A stretch of 64,000 bases of DNA from Lingula anatina. Its lineage: Eukaryota; Animalia; Brachiopoda. The notes beneath the pieces are model-generated. The model was not told the origin of the DNA. It saw only the letters and a program-made list of their open reading frames with translations, and searched no databases. A program made the translations under genes and the position numbers. Shown here one piece after another: positions 21,339-63,654 of this stretch (within the stretch, counting starts at the first letter, position 1; the number at the start of each line of letters is the position of its first letter). The stretch lies in contig CM120641.1 in NCBI GenBank assembly GCA_051362555.1, forward strand, positions 24,186,401 through 24,250,400. Reading direction: 5' to 3'.

Positions 21339-22054
21339 GGAACAAATGCTCCGAATGTATTTTTTTCAGTATCTCAACCTCCATTTGCGTATGTTTCTTT
21401 CCTTTATTTTCTATCACAAGTTATTTTTGTACAACTTTTTAATTATTAGTAGGCACAATAATCAATGACCTTACTGAAGAAGTAGAGTTGTCTGTTCGTT
21501 ATATTTAATAAGGACAGGGTCGACCTTGCCTTTGTCGACACACTATGAAGGACTACTCCTTAGCTTTGGACATACTAAAACAACTTTCAATGTCCAAAAC
21601 CCTTACAGAATAAATTTCATTTCTGCGATATCTCCGGAGTTGCACGAAAAAAGACCCTTCCCCTCCTTGGGATAATGTACATTGGTATTGGATTGGTTGA
21701 AGCTGATGCTACGTACACCTACCTCCAATTAAGTTTTCCCAAATAAATCTTTACAGACAATTGCAAGTCTGGCACCGAGGGATGGCCCGATGACCCAAGC
21801 AGAGGGTTTTGTTTTTTGTGTTGAGTAATTTACCGATGCGTTAAAACAAAACTCGGCATTCACTTTTTATTTTTACATCTTTATGTCTATGCCAAACAAA
21901 ATAAATTCTTTTAACAAAGGTCGCATTGCTTGCTTGCAGATTTTCAAGGTGTAATTTTATTTATTATATTCAAATGTTAAATACATTTCCTTCGAAAGTA
22001 TACAGAAGAAGCAAGTGTCGAGCAGGTGCGTTAGCCTTTTGTCATTAAAGTTCT

Positions 22055-22100
22055 CTGTGACGTCACGGATTAGGCCAACTCCCAAATGTGATTGGTGAGA
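22055..22100 (+). promoter_or_regulatory. ANP32 proximal promoter (CRE and CCAAT)
   Basis: Perfect TGACGTCA at 22058-22065 and ATTGG ~22091, in a CpG-rich region about 200 bp upstream of the ATG. Confidence 0.5.
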
Positions 22101-22284
22101 TATCAATTCGCTTCATGAATATGTACAAAGTCGCGTGCTCGAGGGGTCCTTACAATTGATCAATACCAACACCCCTCTACGCGGCATTGATCAACCCGCG
22201 CGTTGTGGCGATCATTGCATTCAACCTTTCGGTAGCAAAGTGAGATAGGAGCGTAATAATATTATACAGATCACAGTAAAAAAG

Positions 22285-28516
<6,232 letters not shown>

Positions 28517-29211
28517 AGAGAAAACTTTTTAAAAGAATGTTGCATGGTATGATAGGTATCGAGGCACTCTGTGCATGTGGCACACAGTAGCGCAGAAGAG
28601 TAGAGGCAGCAGGAAATAAAATCAATTCTGACCTGGACCAGTCTCCAGCGTTTGCAAAATTTAGCTTGCAATCTGCTGTGGTGTTTTTAGTGATATTTCA
28701 ATCAACAGCAAGAACATTTAAGGGAGGTGACAAATTATAGAACAATCATCGTGTCCTGAATCAGATTGAAAGACAGAAGTATTTGTACATTGTAGCATAG
28801 TCTTCGCATTGTTACTGTCATTCATCTGTCATTGTTACTGACATTAGTGTCAATATCTTCAACAAAACAGACAGGTAATATTGTTGAATTGTGTAAAGAT
28901 GCCTATATTCTTACACAGAAGTGTTTAGGTCTCCATCTCCTGTCAGAATGTTTTGACTTGTCTTGATATTTGTATAATTTTGTAGATGTTTTCTCAGACC
29001 TGAGAAAGTGAACTAGCATTTTTGTACAGTATATATAATATTGCCCTAGGAACAGACAAACCTTTTCTCACTCATTTTTTAATTCAGCCCAGCGTCAAAC
29101 GATTATTGTTATAGCTGATGTAACCTTTCAATTCATTATATTTTACAATCTGTTACATTTAAGTTGTACAGATTTGGTCATTCCAATGTACTTTTGTCTG
29201 TTCTTTGTTGC

Positions 29212-29217
29212 AATAAA
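29212..29217 (+). terminator. Candidate ANP32 polyadenylation signal
   Basis: AATAAA about 700 nt after the stop codon, with upstream TGTA motifs. Confidence 0.45.
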
Positions 29218-31459
29218 TTTTTTATAAACATGAATTGAACTTTGCTATTATGTCTTGTAAATACGATAAAAAGCAATTAAGTTTTGTAGGTTTGTGTATT
29301 GAGGTTTTATGTTTATTTCGAGCTTTACAACAGTCAAAACCTTGCAAGTGAAAAGAATGCAAAATAAAGCAAAGAAAATTTTATTTTACTTGGTACACTG
29401 CAATTGGGTTACTTTTCATCTTTTGCATTGGACAAAAAAATTGCAAATTTTGATGTAATCTTTAAATACCTGACACAGCAAGATTGACAAAACCTGAATG
29501 CCACCACTACTATGTCAGATTTGCTAAATTACCTTCCTCAAAGTTTCTAAATTGAATCCGTGTGTGAAAACGGACTACCCCCTTGTTCCTTTATTTTACT
29601 AAGTAGGCCATGCTATCACCTACAAACTACACCTGGTGATACATTTGAGCAAGTTGGGTTTGACATTTAAATAGTGAATGGCTGTGAACAACCCCTTGAT
29701 GGTTTTCTTAGTTATAGAGGAAAAAACTCAGTTTGACATAATTATGAGATGTAAATAACCTGACAATTTCTGAATGAAAGAACTACTTGCATGTTGACTA
29801 GTAATAAGTCAAGGATGAACAGTGATTTTTACCCTAATATCATACATATTATCCAAAGTTCATATATATAAATAAATTGACATAAGCCAAGCCTCTTACA
29901 GATGAACAAATAGGCAAGACATTTACTGTACATAATTACATAACTCCCCATATAAATATTTGTATCAATATTTTAGGAAAAGGCTTGACAGATTCTGTTG
30001 CTGCAAAATGATACTGACAAAATTGTAATACTAGCTTATATATTACTGACATAAATATTAAAATTTGAGATCCAACATTTCAGATAACATTGACTAAAAA
30101 AACACTGATGACAACTAAAAATTGTTAAAATGTAAATAAACTATTCTCTGTCAATATATGTATTTTAAATGATACACCCTTTTAAAGGACGCTGGTAAGA
30201 TTTTGAATCTGACATGACATCATGATGTAAACTAATTTAAGTGGTATTTTAAAGGCAAGATAATTGACTTTATTGTACCTGAAGTATTAAATACTATTAT
30301 CCAAATAATTCTATTTCCTCAGAGAGGGCAACACTGAACTAGTTAATGTGACTATAAAGATTTCTCTACCTTTTTTTTTTGTACTGTCCAGTTGAGATTT
30401 ACACATCACTATATTTTAACAGCCTGGCTTAAAATTATCACTTGTGATCTTTTTATATGTTATCTTTAGTTATTATTAAATATGTATTCATATAAATATA
30501 TATGATCTGTCATATTTTCCCTTTTTCAAAGCAATTGCAAAAAAAAAAAAAAAAAAAAAATTAAGGAGTGCATATCTCTAACAAAAGATTCACTTTAAAA
30601 TGTATATGTTAAAATAATCTAAATATTAAAAATATTGAACACATTAAAGCTAGACACATCTGTTTACAACTGGTGTCTACAACAGATCTAATATGATGAA
30701 AAGTTTTTCAAAATTTGGTAAAGACTAGGCACTTTCTAATGTAGCAATCATGAGAATTTAACGATCCACTACAGCCTATACCATAGTTTTGTAAAATTAA
30801 ATAAAACTTAAATAAGTGTTACCCTGATTCAAATTAATAAATAGGCAAGACATGGTATAATAATACCCATAATGATCTATATTGTTGAAAAAAGTAACCC
30901 AAGTTTCAGAGCAAGGGTTTCCCCAGGATTTTAGTGTACAGGGAGTGCAAAGTGTGAATCTGTAATTTTGTCATCAATTTACAGGGAGTCCTATCCAACC
31001 AAGACAAACCAACTATTCATTCCCCAAAAATATTGTAAACTGTCCAGCTGTCTTTGGAGGCCAATTGGCCATCCAAATGATGGCTGGACAGCTCTCTGGG
31101 GACAGTTTTGTTTCAGAGTTAACAGCAAAATCACCTTTTCTATTTAAGGCAGCCAGTAAGAACTGTGAAAAATGATCAAACATGCATCATTTCCGTCCAC
31201 TACAGGGAAGGTCTTTTTTTTTACGGAGCAGCACTGCTGGGGCACAGCTGGAATATGCCTTCCAGCTTTGAAAATTTCCCTAATTCCCTTCTAAAATGGC
31301 TTGAAACGAGAAATGTATTTCACGAGTGTGCTTCATTATTTTATATATATGCAAGGATGCTGAGTGAAATGAGGCAAAAAAGCTAATCCTTGCCCCACCC
31401 CCTTAGTAAAATAAATGGATGATGGTTTAGTCATGCTGTAAGAGCAAATGGTAGGGGTT

Positions 31460-31573
31460 TGTGTCACATGGTCTGTGGGGTGTGGCTTTATGTCACATGG
31501 TTAGTACACAGGGTGTGGCTTGTGTCACATGGTCAGTACACAGGGCGTGGCTTCATGTCAAATGCTCAGTACA
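31460..31573. repeat. Short degenerate tandem repeat (~30-33 bp, about 4 units)
   Basis: Repeated TGTCACATGGT.AGTACACAGGG.GTGGCTT in the probable coronin 3' UTR. Confidence 0.7.
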
Positions 31574-32184
31574 TTGCTCTGAAACTTAGGGTGTGATATG
31601 ACACAGACTTAATGCTCTGAATCTTTAATCAAACAAATTTTACTTCAACAATTATCTGTTGTTATGATAACCAGTGGGCAATTAATTGTTTAGATTGTGT
31701 TGATCCAAATTAAAAATGCTATTTGCTGCCTTGCAAGTATATAATAGCCAATGAGAACAACTGAGAAAAAGCAAAAACTTGCTTTCACATACTTATCAGA
31801 TCAAAACATTTCTTCCTCAAAACAATTTCCTTTCTAGCAAAACCAAGCTGATATGTTCTGACAAAATCCGACCAACTTTAACTGTGGTTATGTTCATGCT
31901 GAGTTATGCCTTATTCAATGACATATGCATAAATACTTAAGCCTGCTGAACAATTTACATGCAGTTAGCCTTATGCTTTCCTGTCACAATGATATGAACA
32001 GGCTAAACACATCAGGAATAAACAATGACAACTTTGCACACTGCAATACTCTCTCAAGATTTCACACTACCGCTGTTACAGTAAAGCATTTCCATAGCAG
32101 TTTTTCAAACACCCAGCACAGTAAAGATCCTTTATATTGATCAGTCATATTGGTCATTACTGGTCAGTTTACAAGTAGACATCT

Positions 32185-54550
<22,366 letters not shown>

Positions 54551-56779
54551 CTAGAAAACAATTTAAAAAAATGTTTATCAGTACTAAATACTTTGTATAA
54601 CATTTCATATTTATCACACTTATCAATATACAACCCAATTTATGGGCAAAGTGAGATAATATGTCACCATATACCTTAAAAATCTTGTGTTTTAATGAGC
54701 TATGTTACTATGGAATACTCAGAAATAGTAAAGAACACAATATAACACAGAATCCAATAGCACATAGTTCTAAATCAGAAACAATTACAACATATAGCAA
54801 TACAAGTTATTACCAAAATTCTCTATCATATGGTCCAAACTACTGTAAATCAGTTTTCTCCGTTTCCTACACTCAATAAAGATCAATTTCTTATATGCGG
54901 ACTTACTATTGATCCACTAGTTAATATCAATATAGCACTAGCATCAAAATCTAGTTTATCCACCGGGAATAATTATTTCATTGAGAATGGAAACAATCAA
55001 CTCAGAAAATATCCAGGGTTTCATTTCAACAAAAAAGTGCAAACAAACAAATGGAAAGCCCCCTTATTTTAAGTTGACTTCTGGGTAAGAACATTTTAGA
55101 AAAGATTGCCATGTAATAAATTGGACTACAGGCCCAAATAGACTGCAGTCACAAGTGAGAGTAAGGGACTATTCCCAGACCCTATCATACTAACTGGGGA
55201 TTCTAGCTAATTTGCAATCAACTTAAGCAGCTTAGATGTCTGTCACGCCTACTGAAGCTGTTAGGGGGCAATTAATTATCATTTACAGCTTCAGTAGGCA
55301 TGCCAAACATCTAAGCTGCTTAAGCTGAAAGCAATTTAGCGAGAATCCCCTCGGAGAGGAGTCTATCCTGCTAGATCGATCTAGGTATGGGAATGTGGTC
55401 ATAGACAATGCAATTAATTGCAACAAAAAGCAAGCCTACATGACAACAGATATACCCTGTTTACAACACAGAAATTTAAGAGCTTGAAGTTGATACCTCT
55501 CCATCTTCCTCCTTCCCCATGATTTGGCAAGTTTTCCTGGAATCCTCAAACACTCTGTGGTCTACATGGATGACTAAGAGCTTATCAGGCTATCACTAAA
55601 CACCAACCAATGTACTTGAGAAGAAATAAGAGAGAAAAAACTGAAAATACAGATAGCAAAAATCAATAGACATATAACACTGGCTTATCACACATAAAAA
55701 AAAGGTTACAGATACAGAAACAGGATTTTTTCTTCTTTTCTGATCTAGTGGAATTAAGAACACATGCGATGGGAGAGAACATTATATGTTATTGACAAAT
55801 TGTATAAGAAAATTCATCAAAATATGTCAAGGTTATTTGTTAATGTTTTTATTATTTGTTCAAAATCATAAAATATTTTTACCAATTTGCATTTCATAAG
55901 TAAGGCACAATGTAGAAATTTTGATACATTTCTGAGATGTATACAAATTACTACCCATAAAAACAGAGAGAGAAAATAGTTTATTTCCTCCAACAGAAAG
56001 CAATTTATATATAAACAACAAATTAACATTTTTGTAATAAACACAAAGGAATTAACTTTTTTTTATGTTGTGGGGTGTTTTACATGTTTCAAGTCAAGAG
56101 TGATTTAAATCAATGAAGAAGAATTCTGTATAATTTTCACATGCAAGGCAACATATCTTTGAGTAGGTAGAGTCAGTCTATTACAATATTTAAACAGTGA
56201 CATCAATGCAAATGCATCTTGACAGAAGCCATAGCTGTGAAATGACTCACAGCACAATAAGTAAGGAGAAAAATTGAGCATGCAAAAAATAACAATTATG
56301 AACAACAATTTTTCAGAGTAACAATTAACCCAACTGATGTACATACTAGTATAGCCTATGGAGTAATGTAGCATTAAAATCAAAATCACCAAAAAAACAA
56401 TAACAACAATACACATAAATCCGCCTACTTACCTTAATCAGTCTGGTTGACCAGTGTTACCGTCCACATTTACTTCTACAGGGATATACCAAATACATGC
56501 AATGCTTTCCACCCATCAATTTCTCTGTTTGACATAGAGGCATGATTAATCTCAAGACAGGTAAAACTAGAGGATCAGAGAGGCGATACCGCCTCCGAAT
56601 ATTGTACCACCAGCTGGAGCAAGCGCATTCGTATAGACCCCCACATACACAAAATAAGGGGTGCAGCCACCAGTCTTGTGCTTGACAAGCTGTAAAAATG
56701 CAATCAACAAGAATTTTCAAAATATGCAAAAAATATATATAACTAAAAATGGTGCAATCAAAGTTAAGTTCATTGTAAG

Positions 56780-58349
56780 GTAGGTCAAAGGTCAATTTCA
56801 AGGTCACAGTAAATTGCCAGTATATGACTTCCTATCCAACTTCAATAGTAACTATGGACCTATCTCTGCCAGTTTTGGAGATAAAAGGGAAGCAAAATTT
56901 GCAAAGTTCAGTTCATGGTGAAAAGTAGGTCAAAGGTCAATTTCAAGGTCACAGTAAGATTGCCAGTATATGACTTCCTATTCAACTTCAATAGTAACTA
57001 TGGACCTATCTCTGCCAGTTTTGGAGATAAAAGGGAAGCAAAATTTGCAAAGTTCAGTTCATGGTGAAAAGTAGGTCAAAGGTCAATTTCAAGGTCACAT
57101 TTAGATTGCCAGTATATGACTTCCTATTCAACTTCAATAGTAACTATGGACCTATCTCTGCCAGTTTTGGAGATAAAAGGGAAGCAAATTTTGCAAAGTT
57201 CAGTTCATGGTGAAAAGAAGGTCAAAGGTCAATTTCAAGGACACAGTAAAATTGCCAGTATATGACTTCCTATGCAAGTTCAATAGTAACTATGGACCTA
57301 TCTCTGCCAGTTTTGGAGATAAAAGGGAAGCAAATTTTGCAAAGTTCAGTTCAAGGTGAAAAGTAGGTCAAAGGTCAATTTCAAGGTCACAGTAAAATTG
57401 CCAGTATATGACTTCCTATTCAAGTTCAATAGTAACTATGGACCTATCTCTGCCAGTTTTGGAGATAAAAGGGAAGCAAAATTTGCAAAGTTCAGTTCAT
57501 GGTGATAAGTAGGTCAAAGGTCAATTTCAAGGTCACAGTAAGATTGCCAGTATATGACTTCCTATTCAACTTCAATAGTAACTATGGACCTATCTCTGCC
57601 AGTTTTGGAGATAAAAGGGAAGCAAAATTTGCAAAGTTCAGTTCATGGTGAAAAGTAGGTCAAAGGTCAATTTCAAGGTCACATTTAGATTGCCAGTATA
57701 TGACTTCCTATTCAACTTCAATAGTAACTATGGACCTATCTCTGCCAGTTTTGGAGATAAAAGGGAAGCAAAATTTGCAAAGTTCAGTTCATGGTGAAAA
57801 GAAGGTCAAAGGTCAATTTCAAGGTCACAGTAAAATTGCCAGTATATGACTTCCTATGCAAGTTCAATAGTAACTATGGACCTATCTCTGCCAGTTTTGG
57901 AGATAAAAGGGAAGCAAATTTTGCAAAGTTCAGTTCAAGGTGAAAAGTAGGTCAAAGGTCAATTTCAAGGTCACAGTAAAATTGCCAGTATATGACTTCC
58001 TATTCAAGTTCAATAGTAACTATGGACCTATCTCTGCCAGTTTTGGAGATAAAAGGGAAGCAAAATTTGCAAAGTTCAGTTCATGGTGATAAGTAGGTCA
58101 AAGGTCAATTTCAAGGTCACAGTAAGATTGCCAGTATATGACTTCCTATTCAACTTCAATAGTAACTATGGACCTATCTCTGCCAGTTTTGGAGATAAAA
58201 GGGAACCAAAATTTGCAAAGTTCAGTTCATGGTGAAAAGTAGGTCAAAGGTCAATGTCAAGGTCACAGTAAGATTGCCAGTATATGACTTCCTATTCAAC
58301 TTCAATAGTAACTATGGACCTATCTCTGCCAGTTTTGGAGATATAAGGG
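56780..58349. repeat. 146-bp tandem repeat, ~10.8 units, 4-mer higher-order structure
   Basis: Unit starts at 56781, 56926, 57072, 57218, 57364, 57510, 57656, 57802, 57948, 58094 and 58240. Confidence 0.95.
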
Positions 58350-58584
58350 ACTAAATGTTATAATTTTGGAGTTACCATAATGTGCCATAAATTTCCTACA
58401 GAAAAAATTAATTAAAATAAAGAAAAGGTCATTTTGGTCAAAGTTCTTGAAATGGGAGGTTCTCTGAAGTTTAAATTTGATAAAATAATGTCATTTTTGA
58501 CCACAAGTTGTCTGCTTTGCCAAGCATTATGTTTTATTTTTCCGGAGTTCAAAATTTATTATCCATTACCGTACTGCACATTTT

Positions 58585-58731
58585 TACGGAAGCCGACTGG
58601 TGCCATATGTTGAAAAAAAAAATTATCTCGAAATTTCGAGATAAAAATTTTTTTTGTTCAAATTTCAAAATAGTATCTCGAAATTTCGAGATAATTTTTT
58701 TTTCTACATATGGCACCAGTCGGCTTCCGTA
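58585..58731. mobile_element. 147-bp foldback MITE with TAC...GTA termini and 6-bp TSD (IS3EU-like), nested in the HINE
   Basis: TACGGAAGCCGACTGGTGCCATATGT... / ...ACATATGGCACCAGTCGGCTTCCGTA, flanked by CATTTT on both sides. Absent from the 34-kb copy of the host element. Confidence 0.8.
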
Positions 58732-60339
58732 CATTTTCCTTTCACCACCAATATGTACTTTCTGATACAGCGTAACTCGAAAACCGTATGGAATACAAAA
58801 AAACCGAGACCACCTCCAGTGTTGGGCTTTACATGCTCTACAAAATGCAAAAAAGAATGGGTCTCTAGCATTAACGGTTCCTGAATTAGAGACAGTTTTC
58901 AGTTTCGGTATCTTATGGCCGCTACTCCTGTGAAAATGCACCGATTGACCCCAAATTCACGGAGATGAAAGATGACCTGAAGGGTAACACTTTCCAATAA
59001 TATTATTGGTTAAGTCTGTGTGGCGTCTGAATAACAGGGCAAAAAAAATTTTTTTCGTAAAAAATTTCATTTTTTTGAAAATTTTGACCCATTTGACCTT
59101 GAAGTAAAGGTCAAAGGTCAAATCCGAGGGTATATTTGAAATCTACACATATGACTTTTGGAAAGCCGTCTATAGAAATTTTTCCCGTAACTCCTTCTGT
59201 AGGGTAGATAATTAGCATTTAATTTTGCCATTTTTAGACAAGGGTGCATTGCAATGAGTGCCACACCCAGACCCCAATACCGACAAAGCCCAAATTTTAC
59301 GTGGAACGAGTTGAGATTATAGGTGACCTAAATCCATGAGATGGGTACGGGGGCCCTTACCGTCTAGGAGGAGAAGCGGTAACGGTAACATGGCGGCGGA
59401 GCCGGCGGAACGGACCGGACGGGACCGAAACCATGTGTACCGCCAGCGCTAACGCTGGTGGTAAATTTTTTTGTTCAAATTTCAAAATAGTATCTCGAAA
59501 TTTCGAGATAATTTTTTTTTCTACATATGGCACCAGTGGGCTTCCGTACATTTTCCTTTCACCACCAATATGTACTTTTTGATACAGCGTAACTCGAAAA
59601 CCGTATGGAATACAAAAAAACCGAGACCACCTCCAGTGTTGGGCTTTACATGCTCTACAAAATGCAAAAAAGAATGGGTCTCTAGCATTAACGGTTCCCG
59701 AATTAGAGACAGTTTTCAGTTTCGGTATCTTATGGCCGCTACTCCTGTGAAAATGCACCGATTGACCCCAAATTCACGGAGATGAAAGATGACCTGAAGG
59801 GTAACACTTTCCAATAATATTATTGGTTAAGTCTGTGTGGTGTCTGAATAACAGGGCAAAAAATTTTTTTTTCGTAAAAAATTTCATTTTTTTGAAAATT
59901 TTGGCCCATTTGACCTTGAAGTAAAGGTCAAAGGTCAAATCCGAGGGTATATTTGAAATCTACACATATGACTTTTGGAAAGCCGTCTGTAGAAATTTTT
60001 CCCGTAACTCCTTCCGTAGGGTAGATAATTAGCATTTAATTTTGCCATTTTTGGACAAGGGTGTATTGCAATGAGTGCCACACCCAGACCCCAATACCGA
60101 CAAAGCCCAAATTTTACGTGGAACGAGTTGAGATTATAGGTGACCTAAATCCATGAGATGGGTATGGGGGGCCTTACCGTCTAGGAGGAGAAGCGGTAAC
60201 GGTAGCCGTCCGGCGGAGCCGGCGGAGCCGGCGGAGCCGGCGGAGCCGGCGGAGCCGGCGGAACGATCCGGACGAGACCGAAACCATGTGTACCGCCAGC
60301 GCTAACGCTGGTGGTACAATTAATTCAGAAAATTCTCAC

Positions 60340-60372
60340 CTTTTTGGGTGGTGGCCAGTCCTCCAAGTACAT
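60340..60372 (-). CDS. CORO2B: Candidate alternative first coding exon of coronin (MYLEDWPPPKK)
   Basis: ATG plus 10 codons, phase-0 donor AAG|GTGAGA, in frame with the exon beginning AG|ATG at 54550. TATATAAA on the minus strand at 60480-60487. Confidence 0.55.
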
Positions 60373-61164
60373 GCTGATGATGACTCAATTTTTCCGCGCA
60401 GAAACCTAAACCCTGACAGCCTCCAGCAGACTATGCAAGACTAGGCAACCCTAGAAACGTTTGTGTGCACAGTCGAGAATTTATATAGCTCTAAGCTTTT
60501 AGAATTGCATTAGTTCAGTTCCTCTATTGTCAGAGCAGTCATCAACATCCCATTATAATATTGATTCCTAGGAACTGTGGGCCTAGCTGCCCGACCTCAT
60601 TCCCTACATAAAACATACAATCATTACTGGAGACACAAGGCAGTTACTATTACTCAAACGTAGACACATTAACTCAATTCCCATCCTTAGCCATTTTTGG
60701 CTTCAATAACAGTAGCAGATACTTCTGCAAATGAGAATTATGCATTGTGAAAATTTCCCATTAAGACTGTTTTCCTTAAAGTATAGTGAAGCATTTTATT
60801 CTAAATGGGTACATGCATCATTTTTACATATTTAGAAAAATCATTCTGTGAAATATGGCTTGTTACTTTGTAGCATGAGAATGAAAATGTGCATGCTAAA
60901 AAATACCCTTTGGCAAAAAATTCTTGATATGTCCCACAGGCATCATTATAATCATACTAAGTAATGTTACTCATACCAATGTGAAAAATAAATATTTCAC
61001 CCTGAATACCATAATTCACAATGATTTATGATTTCTGTAACTCTATTACAATCTTATGTGGCACATTTGCTAATATCATGCCCCAAATATTAATCCCGGA
61101 ATATATTGTGTCCAAGTTTATTTTGCACAACCGATTTTGGAGTATTCTGTAAAATACATTGAAT

Positions 61165-62891
61165 CACTATATCTATCTAAAAGGAAAAGTCTATAGGTCA
61201 ATAATTTATAAGCGGGATGTTGAGGTAATGTACCTGTTTTAACACTTGTGAAGTTATAAATGGAAAAGTGGGCCTAGATTTAAGCTTGAGAAGAAGAAAC
61301 AGCTAGACCAAACTTGACTACATGTAACTGTCAAAGCGCTTGCCACTATTGGCAGAAATATGCGGTCTTTGGCTATAGGTTGAAGAGTGCTAGTCTACAA
61401 TAGAATTGGCTAGGCTTCACAGAAATCAGCAACATACGAATAATAAAAAAACATGCAAAAAATCATGAAAACATTTTTTAAGTAATTCAGTCAGGCCTAA
61501 TTCCTGAGTTTACAAATATTCATAACAATTTACTCTTGTGCAAAACAGCCCCTTATTTTTAGTAGTCATAGTAACAAGAAAAATGTATGGCATCAACTGT
61601 GACAAAGCATTCAGTGCACAGACATAAATGACAGCTCTATATACCTGTATTTATAGTCATTGCTACTTGTCTATAAAATGCAATTTAATCCTTTTTAGAA
61701 AGGTCATCGATTGACGATGAACCAGCCTTCGCTGAGTACCAAAGCATCCTGTTTTAATATTGCTTTAAGAGGTATTATTATTGAAACTGGGCAGTTTCCA
61801 TTGGTTATTCAAGAACGAAATTTGTTATGAATGTAAACATACCCTTGATGGCTCTGTATACACCAGGCTATACCAAACGACACAAAAGAAGCAGCTATTC
61901 TCGTGAGATGAAGATGCAAAAAAAAAAAAGATTTTAAGTTTGAAAAAATCAGTTAACAATTGCAGACTTTCAAAAAACTATACAAACAATGAATCCAGAT
62001 ACATTAAGTAAGAGCCTAAAAAAGGGTAATAAATAAATAAATAAGTAGCAAATGAAACATATGAACTATAAGGATATTATATTACAAAGAAAAACTAAAG
62101 AATCTAAACACTACTTTTAATACTTTCTGGAGTTTACAGGTATTTTCTATTCCATTATGTGTGTGTTGGGGGGGGGGGAGCAGGGGGGGTTGAAAAAGCC
62201 ACCATTTGGGTAGAAAGGAACTGCCTTGGCACAAAATTTTTCAAGTTGGGTCAACATACTATGTAGGTAGAAAGGCCCTCTTTTTTTTAGAAAAAGAACC
62301 CCTGTATGAAATTGCTGGCCGCAGGACTTATTTGACATTTTAATACAATGTCTCCCCATTATGTATCAGAGTATACTACTATGACAATGATATATCACAT
62401 AGGATGCATACTGTAGGCTATGTGTCTTTAACAAGTAGAAATCTCAGGGTCTAACATGGCCTTGTGAAAAAATGTAATAACTCTGCCAATATTAAATATA
62501 TAGGCCTTGAAATCTTTTTTATATCATATTAACAATAACAATGCCATGGCTCTTGTAGGCATGGCTCTTGCTTTGCCAAATCTTAAAGACAATTTAGTTA
62601 GCTTACTTAAATATTCTTGCTCAACTTCTTCAAACCAACTTATTCCTCAAGGCTCTCTGAATATCTATTTCATTCCACATGAAATTGTTTAAAGGGACTG
62701 CGTGTTATACTTTGGAATAACAAGTTTCCATGGGGTTCTCCATAATGTACTTACCAAGTATTAAACTATGTCAAAATAAAGAAAGTAATTGTTTTTTTTT
62801 TCAACCACCCATTCCTTTACTTTTATGTTTCAAGCCTGTGAACAGTTAAACAGTATTTTTAGTATAGACTTTTCCTTTTAGATATATAGTG
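61165..62891. mobile_element. Possible non-autonomous CACTA-like element
   Basis: CACTATATCTATCTAAAAGGAAAAGTCTATA ... TATAGACTTTTCCTTTTAGATATATAGTG, a near-perfect ~30-bp inverted repeat. Flanks are AAT/AAC (imperfect TSD). Confidence 0.5.
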
Positions 62892-63654
62892 AACATTCCT
62901 TGAAAACAGTGTTACTCTGCCAAGATGTCCAAATATATCATAAAGAATAAAAGTTTTAGACTATAAAAAATGGTCAAACAACTGCTCTTTCAATAATATA
63001 TAGAGCTTGACTAGATCTATAGCATATCAATACACAAACGGTGAGGGAATGTTAACAACTGTTAATGTCAGGCCATTTGCTAAGGATCGTTAGATATATA
63101 TCTCATTAGAAGGTTGTTTAAAGTAAGAGAGCAGGACCTGGTTTGTGTGTGTAGGGGGGGGGGGGGTAATTTCATTCGTATCCACTGATGTTAAGAAAGA
63201 TAGAAAAGTTGAAGTGGGTACAAATTACCATCAATACAATAAGATCCGATATCACAATGCGCTTATATCTGATACTTAACCTGATCAGTATCTACATAAT
63301 TGCCCACTATTCATATATAAACTGTAAACAAAATGTTTACATTCTACATTATTCTGGGTACATGGCACATTAACAAAGATATCAGTTTAAAACTTGTAGA
63401 GAAAATGAATATACACGCCTGCTTAATTTCCAAAAACCCTGTTCTAATAGCATATAATTCTCCCCAGCATTCTCTAACAGCTGATCACATCTGCCGCGGG
63501 CGTGACAAAATGTTAAAATACACCATGTGTTGCATATAGGACCCCAGTAATAAACTTGGTGGTAGCTCGTCAACACTCCGAGATAGATTGATGTTGTCCC
63601 CTTGTGGAAGGGAGCTACACCATAAACGAAACCGGTAAATTGAAGTACACTTAC

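Larger units (their letters stand above)
56566..60320 (+). mobile_element. Helentron/HINE-like element, family A, long copy with satellite array and duplicated 3' end
   Basis: Sub-terminal IR ATTGTACCACCAGC (56601-56614) / GCTGGTGGTACAAT (60307-60320), 3' hairpin 60290-60317, central 146-bp tandem array and (GGCGGAGCC)n microsatellite 60211-60261. The 3' segment is duplicated with an 817-bp offset. Confidence 0.85.

Noticed and set aside
56780-58349. Regular array superficially like CRISPR
   Set aside because: Units are contiguous near-identical 146-mers without unique spacers, in a eukaryotic intron, and no cas genes are present.
58508-59785. Duplicated 76-133 aa ORFs
   Set aside because: They lie in the duplicated 3' part of a non-autonomous element, have no Rep/helicase or transposase motifs, and are not preserved in the 34-kb copy.
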